From Octopus vulgaris (Eukaryota), in NCBI GenBank assembly GCA_951406725.2, contig OX597826.1, forward strand, positions 61,070,001-61,134,000: a DNA stretch of 64,000 nucleotides. The letters run 5' to 3'. Both the position numbers and the translations under genes were made by a program. Positions 1-14,702 of the stretch are shown piece by piece. Numbering within the stretch: the first letter of the stretch is position 1; the number at the start of each line of letters is the position of its first letter. The notes beneath the pieces are model-generated. The model was given only the letters and a program-made list of their open reading frames with translations. It had not been told where the DNA came from and ran no database searches.

Positions 1-391
1 TAGAAGACGTTTTCTTTTAATTCTTTTCGTTTAGCTCAAGTGGCACCCCTTTGTCAAACTTCCTTTTTTTTTCGGTTCCTAGCGTGATTCTTCCGCAGCT
101 TCTCAAGCTATTTTACATGGGTTGGCTTCAGTAAGAGTCCTCGGCTAGTCGTCGTCAATTTCAAAAGCTTCTCTAAGATTTTCTTCGTCTTAGACAGCTT
201 TCTTAATAAAATATTGAGTAGTAGGCATAGGCGCAGGAGTGGCTGTGTGGTAAGTAGCTTGCTTACAAACTACATGGTTCCGGGTTCAGCCTCATTGTGT
301 GGCACCTTGGGCAAGTGTCTTCTACTATAGCCTCGGGCCGACCAAAGCCTTGTGAGTGGATTTGGTAGACGGAAACTGAAAGAAGCCCGTC

Positions 392-465
<74 letters not shown>

Positions 466-830
466 GTTTGTGTGTCTGTGTTTGTCCCCCACCCAATATC
501 GCTTGACAACCGATGCTGGTGTGTTTACATCCCCGTAACTTAGCGGTTCGGCAAGAGAGACCGATAGAATAAGTACTAGGCTTACAAAGAATAAGTCCTG
601 GGGTCGATTTGCTCGACTAAAGGCGGTGCTCCAGCATGGCCGCAGTCAAATGATTGAAACAAATAAAAAAAAGGAAAAAGAAAGAAAGTACTAGATTTTT
701 GGAACTAAGTTTTAATGATACTGCGTTTACGGTACCTGGCTCCATCCATAGTTTTTATTGCGTGTAGATTCTGCTGCGTTGCAATCCCTTTTGAACTCAT
801 GGGATTCAATTATATGTATGTTTGTTTGTT
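1..830 (-). mobile_element. Decayed mariner transposase (N-terminal part), split by a SINE
   Basis: Manual minus-strand translation: 690-820 gives HEFKRDCNAAESTRNK..GTVN, like the mariner N-terminal helix-turn-helix. 1-200 gives KFDKGVPLELNEKN, matching the mariner WVPHEL motif. Stops and frameshifts present. Confidence 0.7.
223..688 (+). mobile_element. tRNA-headed SINE family A with internal (TA)n microsatellite
   Basis: A-box-like TGGCTGTGTGG and B-box-like GGTTCAG, body GGCACCTTGGGCAAGTGTC...GAAGCCCGTCG, (TA)n, 3' body and A-rich tail. Near-identical copies elsewhere in the window. Confidence 0.9.
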
Positions 831-1010
831 CGGATTGACGTACGTGAATGTATGGAAACAAGCATGCCAGAAAAGAAGTTCACGTTGTTAGGGGTCAACA
901 CCACCAAGTGACGACTTTGCTAAGTGTTTTCCTCTGCATTAGCATCGGGAATTTAATAGAAGTAAACTGCAGAATCCACTCGAATACACATGTGTGTATG
1001 TATGCATACG

Positions 1011-1285
<275 letters not shown>

Positions 1286-2286
1286 GCGTGTGAGTGTGTG
1301 TGTGTGTGTTATGTGTGAACGTGTGTGTTTATTTTTCGACAAAAAAGAAGTCGAAAGGAAAAAAGATGCTCTTTTTATTCCCCTCATTAAAATCCATAGC
1401 AATATTTGTTCTGCACCGAACTGCTAACACTCCCTTATCACTCTCGCCCAGTCAGAAAAGCATTTATCCAGTAATTTTCTCGTTTGAAAACCTATATCCA
1501 AGGATGCTATATGAATTAATATATGAATATATTTTACATATTTCCACTTGTTTCACCCAGGGTCTCAGGCTATACTGGGACACTGTGTTATTGATATACC
1601 TATGTATATAATTTGCTTGTATGAAATATATTTCTTAAGCATGAAAGCGTAGGTTTCTTTGAGTAAAGTTATAAAGAGTTTGTGTATTTCTAATGGAACT
1701 AAGATGAACAAATACCGACGCTCGTTTCGTGCTTAAATCGTCTGCAAACGTCTATGCTTGTACGTATCAGTGAGAATGCCTTTTGTAGGTTCGTAGGTGT
1801 GGGAATAATTGCTTGAATATGTGTAAGCGTAAGCAACGTGTGTGTATGTGTGCGTGTGAGTGTGTGTGAGTGTGTGTGCGTATGTGTGTGTGTGTGTGTG
1901 AATGATTCATTGTAGATGTGAAGGGAGATCGTTAGCTGAGTGCGAACGTGCGCACGTACTTTTGTCTCTTTGCGTGTGAAACACTTCTCTGTCTTCACGT
2001 ATATTTGCATGTTTATATGTGTGTATACATGCGTATGTGCATGTGTTTGTATGCGTAACACACACACACACACACATGTATATATATATACACACACATA
2101 TTTGCATACGCACATGCATGTGTATACAGGCATGCATACACACACACACATATACGCACGAACAAACGCACACTCTCTCTCACACACACACACACGTACA
2201 TAAGCGCATACATATACTGTGTGCACGAGGAGAGCATCTACATATTTACATACATAAATTTATATGGATTCATGTGCCCATACACG

Positions 2287-2326
<40 letters not shown>

Positions 2327-2639
2327 TACATACATCAACCCCCACACGTATACACACCCTCGTGCACACTTACACGAACACTAACGCTCTAATATATACT
2401 GCATGAAAGTACACGCTAGCTACACACATACACAAGAAAATGGTCAGATATATTTCGGCACGCATTAACAACATCGATCGCCTTTTCTACAGAGACATCC
2501 AGCAGCGTCCATTACAACAACAATAACGAGTATTTCGTGCAGGGACGCCATTTTGCAGCGATGGTTGATGTGTGGAAAACGAGCATGTTAGTAGACAATA
2601 ACAGTAATGGACACTGGCTGACCACTGCAGTCAGTCTAT

Positions 2640-2703
2640 TTATTCACCTCGGCGCTCTTTTGATTCTATGGATTCCATGAAGTCTTCGGCTCGGTCCTCA
2701 CAC
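2640..2703 (-). CDS. Tentative terminal exon of an unknown host gene
   Basis: Acceptor cttctattcagtttacag|G. One frame reads CEDRAEDFMESIESKERRGE*, with the stop overlapping AATAAA. Lies in a non-repetitive island. No homology recognised. Confidence 0.3.
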
Positions 2704-2759
2704 CTGTAAACTGAATAGAAGTTAGACGATGGTTCTCTCTCTCTATCTATCTCTCTCTA

Positions 2760-2822
<63 letters not shown>

Positions 2823-2963
2823 CTCTCTCTTTCTCTCTCCTAAAATCCCTCCCTCCCTCTTTTTCCTTGTATGTACATACACACAGACACACATACACAC
2901 GTGTACACATATTTATATATTATATATATTTATTCATATATTTGTATATTAAAATTAAATATA

Positions 2964-3017
<54 letters not shown>

Positions 3018-3024
3018 TACATAT

Positions 3025-3079
<55 letters not shown>

Positions 3080-3130
3080 AATGTATGTATATCAATATAT
3101 TTATATATTTATATATATATATGTATACGA

Positions 3131-3229
<99 letters not shown>

Positions 3230-3243
3230 TCAATTTATATATC

Positions 3244-3278
<35 letters not shown>

Positions 3279-4133
3279 TGACATCACGTTTGAAGACGTT
3301 TGCTGATTTCTAGTGCAAAACCTTACATAAAAGTACTGACCAGTGATTCCTTATTGTTCTTTTTGTCCATATATTTGTCGTTGTAGCTGTTGTTGTTCTA
3401 CTGCTGTGGTGGTGGTGGTGGTGGTGGTGGTGGTGGTGGTGGTAGTGGTACTGGCAGTGGTGCTGGTGGTGTTTGTAGCAGCGGTCTTGATGTTATCTGT
3501 GCCGCTGTTGCCGTTGTTACTTGGTATTGCAATTGTTACGTCGGCTCTTACAGTCTGCTTTTGCTTTTTACTCTTCTTTCGGTTGTTGTTGCGATTGTTG
3601 AGCTTTTGTTCTCGTATTTGTTGCTGCCGTTGCTCTTATAGTTGTTGATATTGTTGTAACTGTTGTTGTTTATGATGCTGCTACGGTTGCTGCTGTTTCC
3701 GTTGCAGTACTGTTGTTGTAGTTGTTGTTGTTGCTGCTCGTCCAACCGGTAAAACGGCAGAGAACGTCAAACGGGATTTAGTTTGTCAGTTTATCTTCTA
3801 AGTTCAAATTGCAGTCAGGTCTATTTTACTATACATTCTCCCAAAATAGGTGCAGGCCTGGTTCTGTGGTAAAGAAGTTCGTTTCCGGTTTATGGTTGTT
3901 CAGTTGCATTGTTGGATTAGTGTGAGATAGACGTGTTTGGGAGCTGTGCGACGTTTTTCCTCTTGTGCGATGGAGGAACGTCGAACGAGAAGATATGAAG
4001 GTTTGAGTTGTTCTATTTAATACCACTTTAACTCAGCTCCACATTACTCAGAGTTTCGTGAGCATAGGGAACATCACCCATGTATAAATATATACATACT
4101 ATTATGTTTGTGTGTGTGTGTGTGCGCGCGCGC

Positions 4134-4172
<39 letters not shown>

Positions 4173-4407
4173 CTATATGGTGTGGTAAACTTTCAGACAC
4201 TAGTCTAGATTGCGAATCCTCTGTACCACAGGATGGTTCAGCTCTCTACCCGTTAAAAGCTACCGTTTACGGAATGAGGATGACAACGTAGCTTTCGCGC
4301 TCGTGCAACCGCCAGTCTATCGCGTGAGGTGGGTGGATCTTCAAGTTGCTTACAGTAGGCTCGAATTAGAGATTATTCTTTGTGGCTAATGGCGTGAGTC
4401 CTGATTG

Positions 4408-4536
4408 GAAGAAGAAGAAGAAGAAGAAGAAGAAGAAGAAGAAGAAGAAGAAGAAGAAGAAGAAGAAGAAGAAGAAGAAGAAGAAGAAGAAGAAGAAGAA
4501 GAAGAAGAAGAAGAAGAAGAAGAAGAAGAAGAAGAA
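4408..4536. repeat. (GAA)n microsatellite
   Basis: Perfect trinucleotide run; source of the poly-E ORF. Confidence 0.98.
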
Positions 4537-5211
4537 GGACAGTCGTTGTTAATTATAACAGCTTACCTAAAACCTGTGCGGAATACATTAGGTACCTCGT
4601 GCAAGGCCGACGTTGAGTAGCTCATGCAGGTCCAGTACAAAAATCTTCAGAGATTGGGAAAACTTTTGTGCGCATCAAGCTGTGGCAAGCAGACAGACAG
4701 GCAGGCACGCAAGCAAGCGGGCGGGCATGTAGGCAGAGTGAGAGTCAGTAAAATTTATGAGGAAACTATCTTGCAACTACGTAGAATTGAAGTTTACAGT
4801 TCTCAGAAAAACGAACAAAGATCTTGCAGAACTTATACAACTACTACTAACCGAGCTGACAGAAGACGAAAAGAAATAGCCTTTTAGCTGTTATGTAATG
4901 ATGGGGGAGGAGATAGCAATTCTGATATTGTCGAACACGCAAATGCGAGACCGGTAGTGAAAAATCCACATGAGAAGTCTATAAAATGCTAGCACATCAT
5001 AGAGTTCATGTAATACACACATGGTACGATATTATATCAAAAGGATGTGGGAGATTTCTAACTCAGTTTGACACCAAAGATGTTGTTGAGCTACTTTGAG
5101 TATGGTAGTTTCGAGACGTGTCTGGAGACCATGTTACGGGTTTTCTGGTTGGAGTCAAGTATTGTGAACACGTCCGTGCGTGGATGGGTTATCCTATCAC
5201 TTCCTCATATT

Positions 5212-5237
5212 TAGCAGCAGCAGCAGCAGTAGTAGTG

Positions 5238-5286
<49 letters not shown>

Positions 5287-5356
5287 CAGCAGTGGTGGTG
5301 GTGGTGATGGTGGCAGCAGCAGCAGCAGTAGCAACAGTAGCAGCAGCAGCAGTAGC

Positions 5357-5401
<45 letters not shown>

Positions 5402-5557
5402 GGTAGTAGTAGTATATTAGTAGTAGTAGTAGTTGTGGTGGTGGTGGTGGTGGTGGTGGTGGTGATGGTGGCAGCAGCAGCAGCAGTAGCAGCAGCAGCA
5501 GCAGCGGTAGTAGTAGTAGTAGTAGTAGTAGTAGCAGTAGTAGTAGTAGTAGTAGTA
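5212..5557. repeat. Compound (AGC)/(AGT)/(GGT) trinucleotide repeat
   Basis: Direct reading. Confidence 0.95.
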
Positions 5558-5725
5558 AGGCAGCAAGCTCACAGAATTGTTAGCGCGCCGGGGAACAAAA
5601 TGCTTTATGGCATTTCGTTCAAATTCTGGCTAGGTCAACTTTGCTTTTCATCCTTTCGAGGTCGATAAATTAAGAACCAGTGAAACACTGGGGTCGATGT
5701 AATCGACTGGTCCTCAGCCCCAAAA

Positions 5726-5833
<108 letters not shown>

Positions 5834-5854
5834 CATTATTATTATTATTATTAT

Positions 5855-6060
5855 TCTGTTTGACTTTTGCTTTACATTTGTACAAGTTGGCTCCAGTCTC
5901 GCCCAGAGACCTCAAGAGACAAGCTGGAAGTTCATGTTGGTATTATGCCTAGGGTGCCATATATTTGGTTTTGTACTTAGTGTTGTACTAGTGAATGTTT
6001 AAAAAACCATAAGAAAATTGTTTGTTTTAAAACTTGAGATTACATAGAAAGTCTTTTGCT
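5855..6060 (-). mobile_element. Probable 3' end of an R4/Dong-like non-LTR element inside a (TAA)n tract
   Basis: ~200-bp unique insert flanked on both sides by (TAA)n. Minus strand reads an ORF end (..LSM*) followed by a 3'UTR-like GAGGTCTCTGGGCGAGACT. Dong elements are known to target TAA repeats. Confidence 0.4.
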
Positions 6061-6098
6061 TATTATTATTATTATTATTATTATTTTTACTATTATTA

Positions 6099-6304
<206 letters not shown>

Positions 6305-6309
6305 CATTA

Positions 6310-6515
6310 AGGTGGCGAGCTGGCAGAATCGTTAGCTGGATGAAATGCTTAGCGGTATTTCACCCGTCGCTACGTTCTGAGTTCAGAATCCGCCGAGGTC
6401 GGCTATGCCTTTCCTCCTTTCGGGGTCGATAAATTAAGTACCAGTTGAGTACTGGGGTCGATGTAATCGACTATTCCCCTCCCCCATATTTAAAGCCTTC
6501 TACCAATTGTAGAAA
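6310..6515 (+). mobile_element. SINE family B (MetaSINE-like central domain)
   Basis: GGTGGCGAGCTGGCAGAATCGTTAGC head and GAGGTCGGCTATGCCTTTCCTCCTTTCGGGGTCGATAAATTAAGTACC core. Many copies in the window. Confidence 0.88.
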
Positions 6516-7139
6516 TGATTAATATTATTATTATTATTATTCGGCATAACACAGTATGCGTATGTTAAGCAACCACAATGAAACAATCTCGATATAAGTT
6601 TCTTTAGGCTCAACATATGGATTGCAGATCAAATCTTTTAGCAGACAAGAGAAACAGAAGCAGTTGATAGATAGCTGAGTATCGTAATTTATCGTCGATT
6701 ACCTGTTCAATGCGTTTCTGACGATGAGAATGAATACGGAATGTCTGGAACTCAGAGTAGAACAAATGTAACAACGGGTTTTGTTGACTAAATAAAGGTT
6801 TTCTACATTTGCAGAATATTGTCGGGATACATATACATGCATTATGTATGTGTAAATATAGACATAATGTATTTATGTATGTATGGATGCATGCATGTAT
6901 GTATGAAATATTTAATACCACTTTAACTCAGCTGCACATAACTCAGAGTTTCGTAAGCGTAGGGAACATCACCCATGTGTAAATATATACATACGAGTGT
7001 GTGTGTGTGCGTGTCTTCGTAAACGTATGTATATATTTATTTATACATATATATATATATAATGTATGTGTTTGTGCACGTATATATATGTATACATATG
7101 TGTGTGTATGTATATGTATATATACATGTATATATATGT

Positions 7140-7171
<32 letters not shown>

Positions 7172-7178
7172 GTATATG

Positions 7179-7210
<32 letters not shown>

Positions 7211-7489
7211 TATATATATATGTGTGTATATATATGTGTAGATATGTATATATGTGTATATATGTGTATATATGTGTATATATGTGTAGATATGTATATA
7301 TGTGTATATATATATGTGCATATATATGTATATATGTGTGTGTATATATGTATATAAATATATATATATGTATATATATGTGTACATATATATATATATG
7401 TATATATTTATATATATGTATGTATATAAATGTGTATGTATATATGTATACGTATAGATGTATATACATATGTATATATATGTTTGTAC

Positions 7490-7539
<50 letters not shown>

Positions 7540-7847
7540 ATGTATATATTCTTACTCACTCACTTTACTTCGCTTCGACATGAAATTGTTATTTCATAGT
7601 ACCATAAAATCTCTCCAAACAAATGAAGATTGTGTGCCAGAGATTGACACATAAAAGACCGTCTTCCACATCATCATCTTACTCAAAGCATAAAAATGGA
7701 CGTTTCATTGCCGTACACATCACACCTACCAGATTACATTCTCAGCTCTCTGTCTTTTTCTCATTATTCCAGATATTCCGCGCACCCTTCCCCTTTCTTT
7801 GTCCTCTTCTTATCAACTACCACTACCACTACTACTACTACTACTAG

Positions 7848-7902
<55 letters not shown>

Positions 7903-8075
7903 GTTACCATATATATGAATATATGTGTGTGTTCACATTGATAGATAGTTCTTTATATACATATGTGTATATATTTGCGTATATATATATACATGTGTAT
8001 ATGTTGTATGTATTTTTGTGTATATGTGTTTAAATGTGTATTTGTATGTACATACGTATGTATGTGTATGTATAC

Positions 8076-8115
<40 letters not shown>

Positions 8116-8360
8116 GTTTGAGTAACTATAACGTGTGTGTATGCATATTTACATGAAAGTTTATATGTATACATGTATATATATATATGTACATATATAT
8201 ATAAGTATATATATATATATGTATGTATGTATGTTTATTAGTGTGTGTGTGTCTTTGTGTGTTTGTATGTATATATGTACGTATGCATAACTACTTACCA
8301 ATGTGGATACGTATGCACAGATATATATATATATATGTATATGCAGTTATACATAGAAAT

Positions 8361-8391
<31 letters not shown>

Positions 8392-8458
8392 ATACATATA
8401 ACTAGTAGTAGTAGTAGTAGTAGCAGTAGCAGCATTATAGTAGTAGTAGCAGCAGTTT

Positions 8459-8516
<58 letters not shown>

Positions 8517-8520
8517 GGTG

Positions 8521-8577
<57 letters not shown>

Positions 8578-8770
8578 ATGCTGTTGCTACTACTACAAGG
8601 TTCTTCCTTAGATCTACACGTAATTTCTTGCTTACTATAACTACTACTACTACTACTAGTACTACTACCACTTCTCATCTATTCCAACCAATACTACTGT
8701 TCCAGCCAACACCAACACCACCACCACCACCGCTAAGAAAAACAACAACCACAACAACAACAACAACAGC

Positions 8771-8850
<80 letters not shown>

Positions 8851-8879
8851 TAATAATAATAATAATAATAATAATAGTA

Positions 8880-8952
<73 letters not shown>

Positions 8953-9494
8953 TAATAATGCTATAATTACTTCCCTTTATGCAAAGTTCTTTACATCAAG
9001 CTTCACTGGATCTGTTATAATAGAAAATAGAGATTTACATAAAATGTCTGTCAGGCTATGAAAACTTGTTGTATCTGGCCCCTGTTGTTGTTCTTGTCCT
9101 TGTTCTTGTTGTTCTTGTTGTCGTCATCGTTGAGCTTGATGTTATACGTCTTGCCATTGCTGCTGTCACTATTACCGTTGTTGCTGCAGTAGTATTCGGT
9201 GCTATTGGTTTTATGTTAGTGGTGGTGGTGGTGGTGGTGGTGGTGGTGGTGGTGGTGGTGATATTGGTGGTATTGCTGCTGACGTTGTTGATGCTTCTGT
9301 TGGTGGTGATGGCATTGATGACGTTACTGTTGATAACAGTGTTGTTCTTGTAATACTAGTTGTTGTTGTTGTTAGTTGTGGTGGTGTTGGTGGTGGTGGT
9401 GGTGTGGTTGGTGATGGTATTGATATTGTTCTTGCTGATGTTATATACACATGTGTGTGTGTATGTGTGTGCGTGTATATGCATACATGTGTGT

Positions 9495-9535
<41 letters not shown>

Positions 9536-9639
9536 CACATATGTATGTATGTACACTCATATATATATGTAACTCTCTCTCTCTCTCTCTCTCTCTCACG
9601 CACACATACACACATATATATATGTACACATATAGATAA

Positions 9640-9677
<38 letters not shown>

Positions 9678-10378
9678 GCATACATCCATACATATATACA
9701 TACCTAAATACATACATACATACATACATACATCCATACATACATACATACATACATACATACATACATACATACATACATACATACATACATACATACA
9801 TACATACGTACGTACATACATACATACATACATACATACATACACAATTTTCGCTCTTGGCATTGTTGTTAATTTTGTTCTTGTTACTACTGACATTATG
9901 GTTTTGTTGTTGTTGTTGTTGCTGTTGTTGTTGTTGTTGTTGTCGTCGTCTGTGGTGTTACTGCCGTTGCTAAATCTGTTCTAGTACCTCCCTCGTTCCT
10001 CTTCCCCCACCCCACCCCGCCACATCTCCCAACGACAACCGAATACTTCTTCTTACTGAGTGTGATTTCATATCTCGGCAAATATTCGGGAATCAGAACT
10101 TCTGACACCCTATAAATGCAAGCTTGCGAAATGGCTTCGAATCATTACTCCCATCGGTACAACACTAAAAGGGAGTAAATGAGAAAACAGATAGTCGCAA
10201 CCTGCCAGTCGCCGCCGCCACCATCCACTGCCAGACGTCATGTATGACTCTTCACTTACGCCATTGCTTCCAAAGCCAGTTAGTTATGTCCAATGGTAGT
10301 AATATCACAGCCATGCAGATGCTCTCAATCTTTTCTCAATTAGCTCCTTTCATTGTCCAATATTTCTCCTTCCTTAAG

Positions 10379-10585
10379 CACGCCGGGCGAAATGCTTAGC
10401 GGTATTTCGTCTGTCTTTACGTTCTGAGTTCAAATTCCGCCGGGGTCGACTTTGCCTTTCATCCTTTCGATAAATTAAGTACCAGTTGCGTACTTGCGTA
10501 GTCCTAATTGACTGGATCCCTCACCCCACCCCACCCACTCCCCGCCAAAAAAAAAATTTCGGGCCTTGTGCCTAGAGTAGAAAAG
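10379..10585 (+). mobile_element. SINE family B, 5'-truncated, with 20-bp TSD
   Basis: Flanked by AATATTTCTCCTTCCTTAAG at 10359-10378 and 10586-10605. Confidence 0.88.
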
Positions 10586-10603
10586 AATATTTCTCCTTCC
10601 TTA

Positions 10604-10950
10604 AGGCGGCGAGCTGGCAGAAACGTTAGCACGCCGAGCGAAATGCGTAGCCGTATTTTGTCTGCCGTTACGCTCTGAATTCAAATTCCGCCGAGCTCGA
10701 CTTTGCCTTTCATCCTTTCGGGGTCGATAAATTAAGTACCAGTTACGCACTGTGGTCGATATAATCGACTTAATACCTATGTCTGTCCATGTTTGTCCCC
10801 TCTATGTTTAGCCCCTTGTGGGTAATAAAGAAATAGGTATTTCGTCTGTCTCTACGGTCTGAGTTCAAATTCCGCCGAGGTCGACTTTGCCTTTCATCCT
10901 TTCGGGGTTGATAAATTAATACCAGTTGCGTACATGGGCAGTCCTAATCG
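10604..10950 (+). mobile_element. SINE family B dimer
   Basis: Full monomer followed by a second headless unit joined at ~10836. Confidence 0.88.
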
Positions 10951-11829
10951 CTTGACAACTGATGCTGGCGTGTTACGTCCCCGTAACTTAACGTGCTTGT
11001 GTGTGTGTTGTTCCACTAACGCTTGACAATCGATTCTGGTGTGTTTACGTCCCCGTAACTTATGTTATGTCATGTTTTGTATTAAAAAATAATAATCTAC
11101 AGATGTAGTTCAATTTGTTTGTTTTTTCATCAAAATTTTTAAAAATCTGCTTTTCAGTAGGAAACCGAAAAAAAAAACCTGACGGCAAATGTACGCAAAT
11201 CTGAGAGAGAAAGCGAAATAATTTCAAGAATTTAAGAATAAAATTCTCGGTTTAATGAATAAATAAATAAATAAATGTGTGTGTGTGTGTATGTGTGGGG
11301 GGTGTAAATAAAAATCATATCTAATGCATACAAGGGATAACTATATACATATGTTCCAGTCTGTTAGCCCTCGTCAGTATAACACAATCTTAACTTGCTA
11401 GTATAAATTGTTTCAATGCATTTTTTTCCAGAAGAAAAACATATTATGACTATTTTGAGCCAAGGGTAATTTACATAATTAAAAATAATTACATAATTAA
11501 AATTACAAAATTAACTGAGAAATAGCTCAAGGTGGTCTGTGGAATGAGTTTGGATACATCATATCTTGCTTGCAACAAAAATCAGACTGCTCCTTCCCAG
11601 TTTATGTAAATTAACTTGAGAAATTTATTCATATTTCTTGGAAATTACTTTTCCTTCCTTCTGGGAAATCGCTAATAATTTCCGTTGGATTTTTGTACTC
11701 GGTCTTCCTGTCTGACAGAATTTTTTTTTAAACTCCAGATTTTACTGTGTACAGCACCCAGTACACCACTTGTTAAATCACTTCCAAATTCATGCTGTTT
11801 CTACATTAAGCGGTTCTAATTTATATGCA

Positions 11830-12510
11830 TTTCACCACGCCAACCCAGAAATATCTATTTCTAATTAGTTTTGGGTAGGTCCTCAATTTCATGTATGTCT
11901 CTGCCAAGAACATCAAGGTAACTGGTTGGTCTTCGTACTGTATTGGTGTGAGGATGTCTCAAAAATATATATCATCTGATATAGCCTGTGATTCCGCACA
12001 ATATCCTTGGTCAGCAAAACCTACCTAAATTGAGTAATTATAGTAGAAATGAGTGAAGCGTATCCATGAATCTCGTTTTTGGTCTTGTCCTCCCGTTATG
12101 CAATATTTTGAACCCTCTTGAGAAGTGTGGTGCATGTATCACCGAGATGACATTGAAGTTTCTTCTAAGACCATATTTAGGTTTCATAGCTACGACTACT
12201 CTCTACACGCGCCTTGAAGAAGACCAGTTTTGTTGACTTTTATATGATTGTTACATGCTTGAAACCTTGCTAGAGCAACCCACATTTGTTCCGTGCATAT
12301 AAAGAAGTCTGTCTTGCTGCAGCATAGGACCCAAGGTACTTGAAGTCACCGACCTTACTGAGCTTTATGCAATCGTTGGAACAAATTGGCTAGTAGCTTT
12401 CATCTTCGTTGATCATCGTGTATTCAGTCTTTTTGTATTAAGAAACAGACCGGTTTTAGTTACAGGGCTCCGAAGGGTCTTTAACAAATCTTGTGCATTC
12501 ACATAGTTAT
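11830..12510 (-). mobile_element. RTE-clade LINE 3' remnant (end of RT and C-terminal domain)
   Basis: Minus-strand fragments GLFLNTK..TEY, VGDFKYLGSY, FFKARVES..YET, TLLKRVQNI, RRPTSYLDVLGRD. Multiple stops and frameshifts. Confidence 0.8.
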
Positions 12511-12844
12511 GTGATGACCTGTGAGGACAAAATGATCAACATAACCATAGTTGGAAAGACGGAAGCTCTATTGACGCCTTGACAGCTCTATTGACGCCTT
12601 AGCGTAGTATGGAGTCAAAACTTTGCCTAAGGTTGCAGCCTACTATAATCACATATAGTATATCTGAAACAGGCTCTACTAAATCGGCTCAAATAAAGTA
12701 AGGTACTCCACCTTAGTATAGTGTGCTTCTCCGGATCGTTAACAATATATACACACATACACACATGCGCCTACGCACATATATATGTGTGTGCGTGTGT
12801 GTTTATATATATAGGGGTAGCCATATTGAAATGGCAAATATACG

Positions 12845-12896
<52 letters not shown>

Positions 12897-12934
12897 CATA
12901 CATACATACATACATACATACATACATACATACA

Positions 12935-12967
<33 letters not shown>

Positions 12968-13177
12968 GCATACATACATATATAAATGGCTTAATATATG
13001 AATTTGGTTTTGCTTATTTTGTTTCTGTAGGTGTTTCTGTGGAGTGTTGACAGGAATGTAATTATTCAAATACGAAAGATATCACTTACAATTCCAGAAG
13101 ACAATTTGTAAAATATAAGGCTTGTGAATTACCATTTCTCAAAGTCAGAGATCTCTAGAATAATAATGGATACATAC

Positions 13178-13260
<83 letters not shown>

Positions 13261-13520
13261 TAGTTTTGCTTTGCTTTTAGTATTTTCCTAAGTTCGCATT
13301 CAAGAATCTTTGTGATATAACAAAGAAAGTAAAATTATATTTAGAAAACAAAGACAGCAGCAAAAAAAAGAGAAGAATTTATAAAATAACTATTTTTAAC
13401 CAACTAGTAATACAAAAGTGAGGTGTTGTATATATATGTATGTGTGTGAGTGCATTAGTGTATGTGTGCGTTTGCACTTTTACGTGTGTTTATTTATATG
13501 AATGTATATGTATGTATGTA

Positions 13521-13556
<36 letters not shown>

Positions 13557-13838
13557 TGTATGTATGTATGTATGTATGTATGTATGTATATACGCGTGAG
13601 TGTATGAATGGGTATATATATATATGGAAAGAGTTTGAGCGAGAAACTAAAATAAATATTCTGTGCTTATATATATATATATATATATACATTTATATGT
13701 ATATATATATATATATATATACATGTATATATATATATACATATACACATATATATGCATATATATATATATATATGCATATACATATATATATGCATAC
13801 ATATATATATATATATATACACATATATTTATATACAT

Positions 13839-13883
<45 letters not shown>

Positions 13884-14660
13884 TATAGATATATACATAC
13901 ATATATATATAAACATATATATTTACATACATGCATTATATATAATAAATATACATAAGTATGTATATATATATGTGTGTGTGTGTGTGTGTTCTTGTGT
14001 CAGGGTACTTACACATACGCGCTCACACATACACACAAATACACATATATAGTTTAGGATGTGCCGGGAAAAAAAAGTTCACGAGAATATAATTAACAAT
14101 ATACAAAACGTTAAACGAAAGAAGCAGCAAAAACAAACAATAATAAATGGAAATAGTTACATCAAACATAAAATAAAAACTATAAAAAAAAAAAACCTTA
14201 TAAAGAAATTAAATAAATAAAACTAGAAGAAATTAGGAGCTTTTCACTTTAACAAATTAATTGGATATCAAGAAAGATTAAAAGATTGTCGAACAAGGAC
14301 GGTTTAGCTGTCAATGTAACTTGGGCGGCCATGTAAAGTATTTTATCCTCATTTCAGTTCCTTCAAATGATATTGTTATAATTCTACATCAAGAAATCCG
14401 AACGTAAAAAGGAAATATCGAACGATTATTGACAGGGGGATTTTTTCAACTTTGATTCTGAATTCTTGTTTTTCTTCTTATTTTTTTTTACTTGCGTTTT
14501 GGTGGTGGAGGGTTGCTTTGGGGTTTTGTTTTTTGGGGTTTTTTTTCTTGTATTTTGGGGGGATTTTTATGGATATGTGACGGGCGAAACAAATCGAATA
14601 TTTTTTTGTGATAATCAACTTTACGTTCAATTTATATATTAACACTCGTACACATAAATA

Positions 14661-14702
<42 letters not shown>

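Noticed and set aside
4740-5000. Tigger/pogo-like C-terminal remnant (TNKDLAELIQ)
   Set aside because: A single weak motif is insufficient to call.
11500-11800. Tc1 N-terminal remnant on the minus strand (TGRP)
   Set aside because: Too decayed, with no TIR or catalytic motif found.
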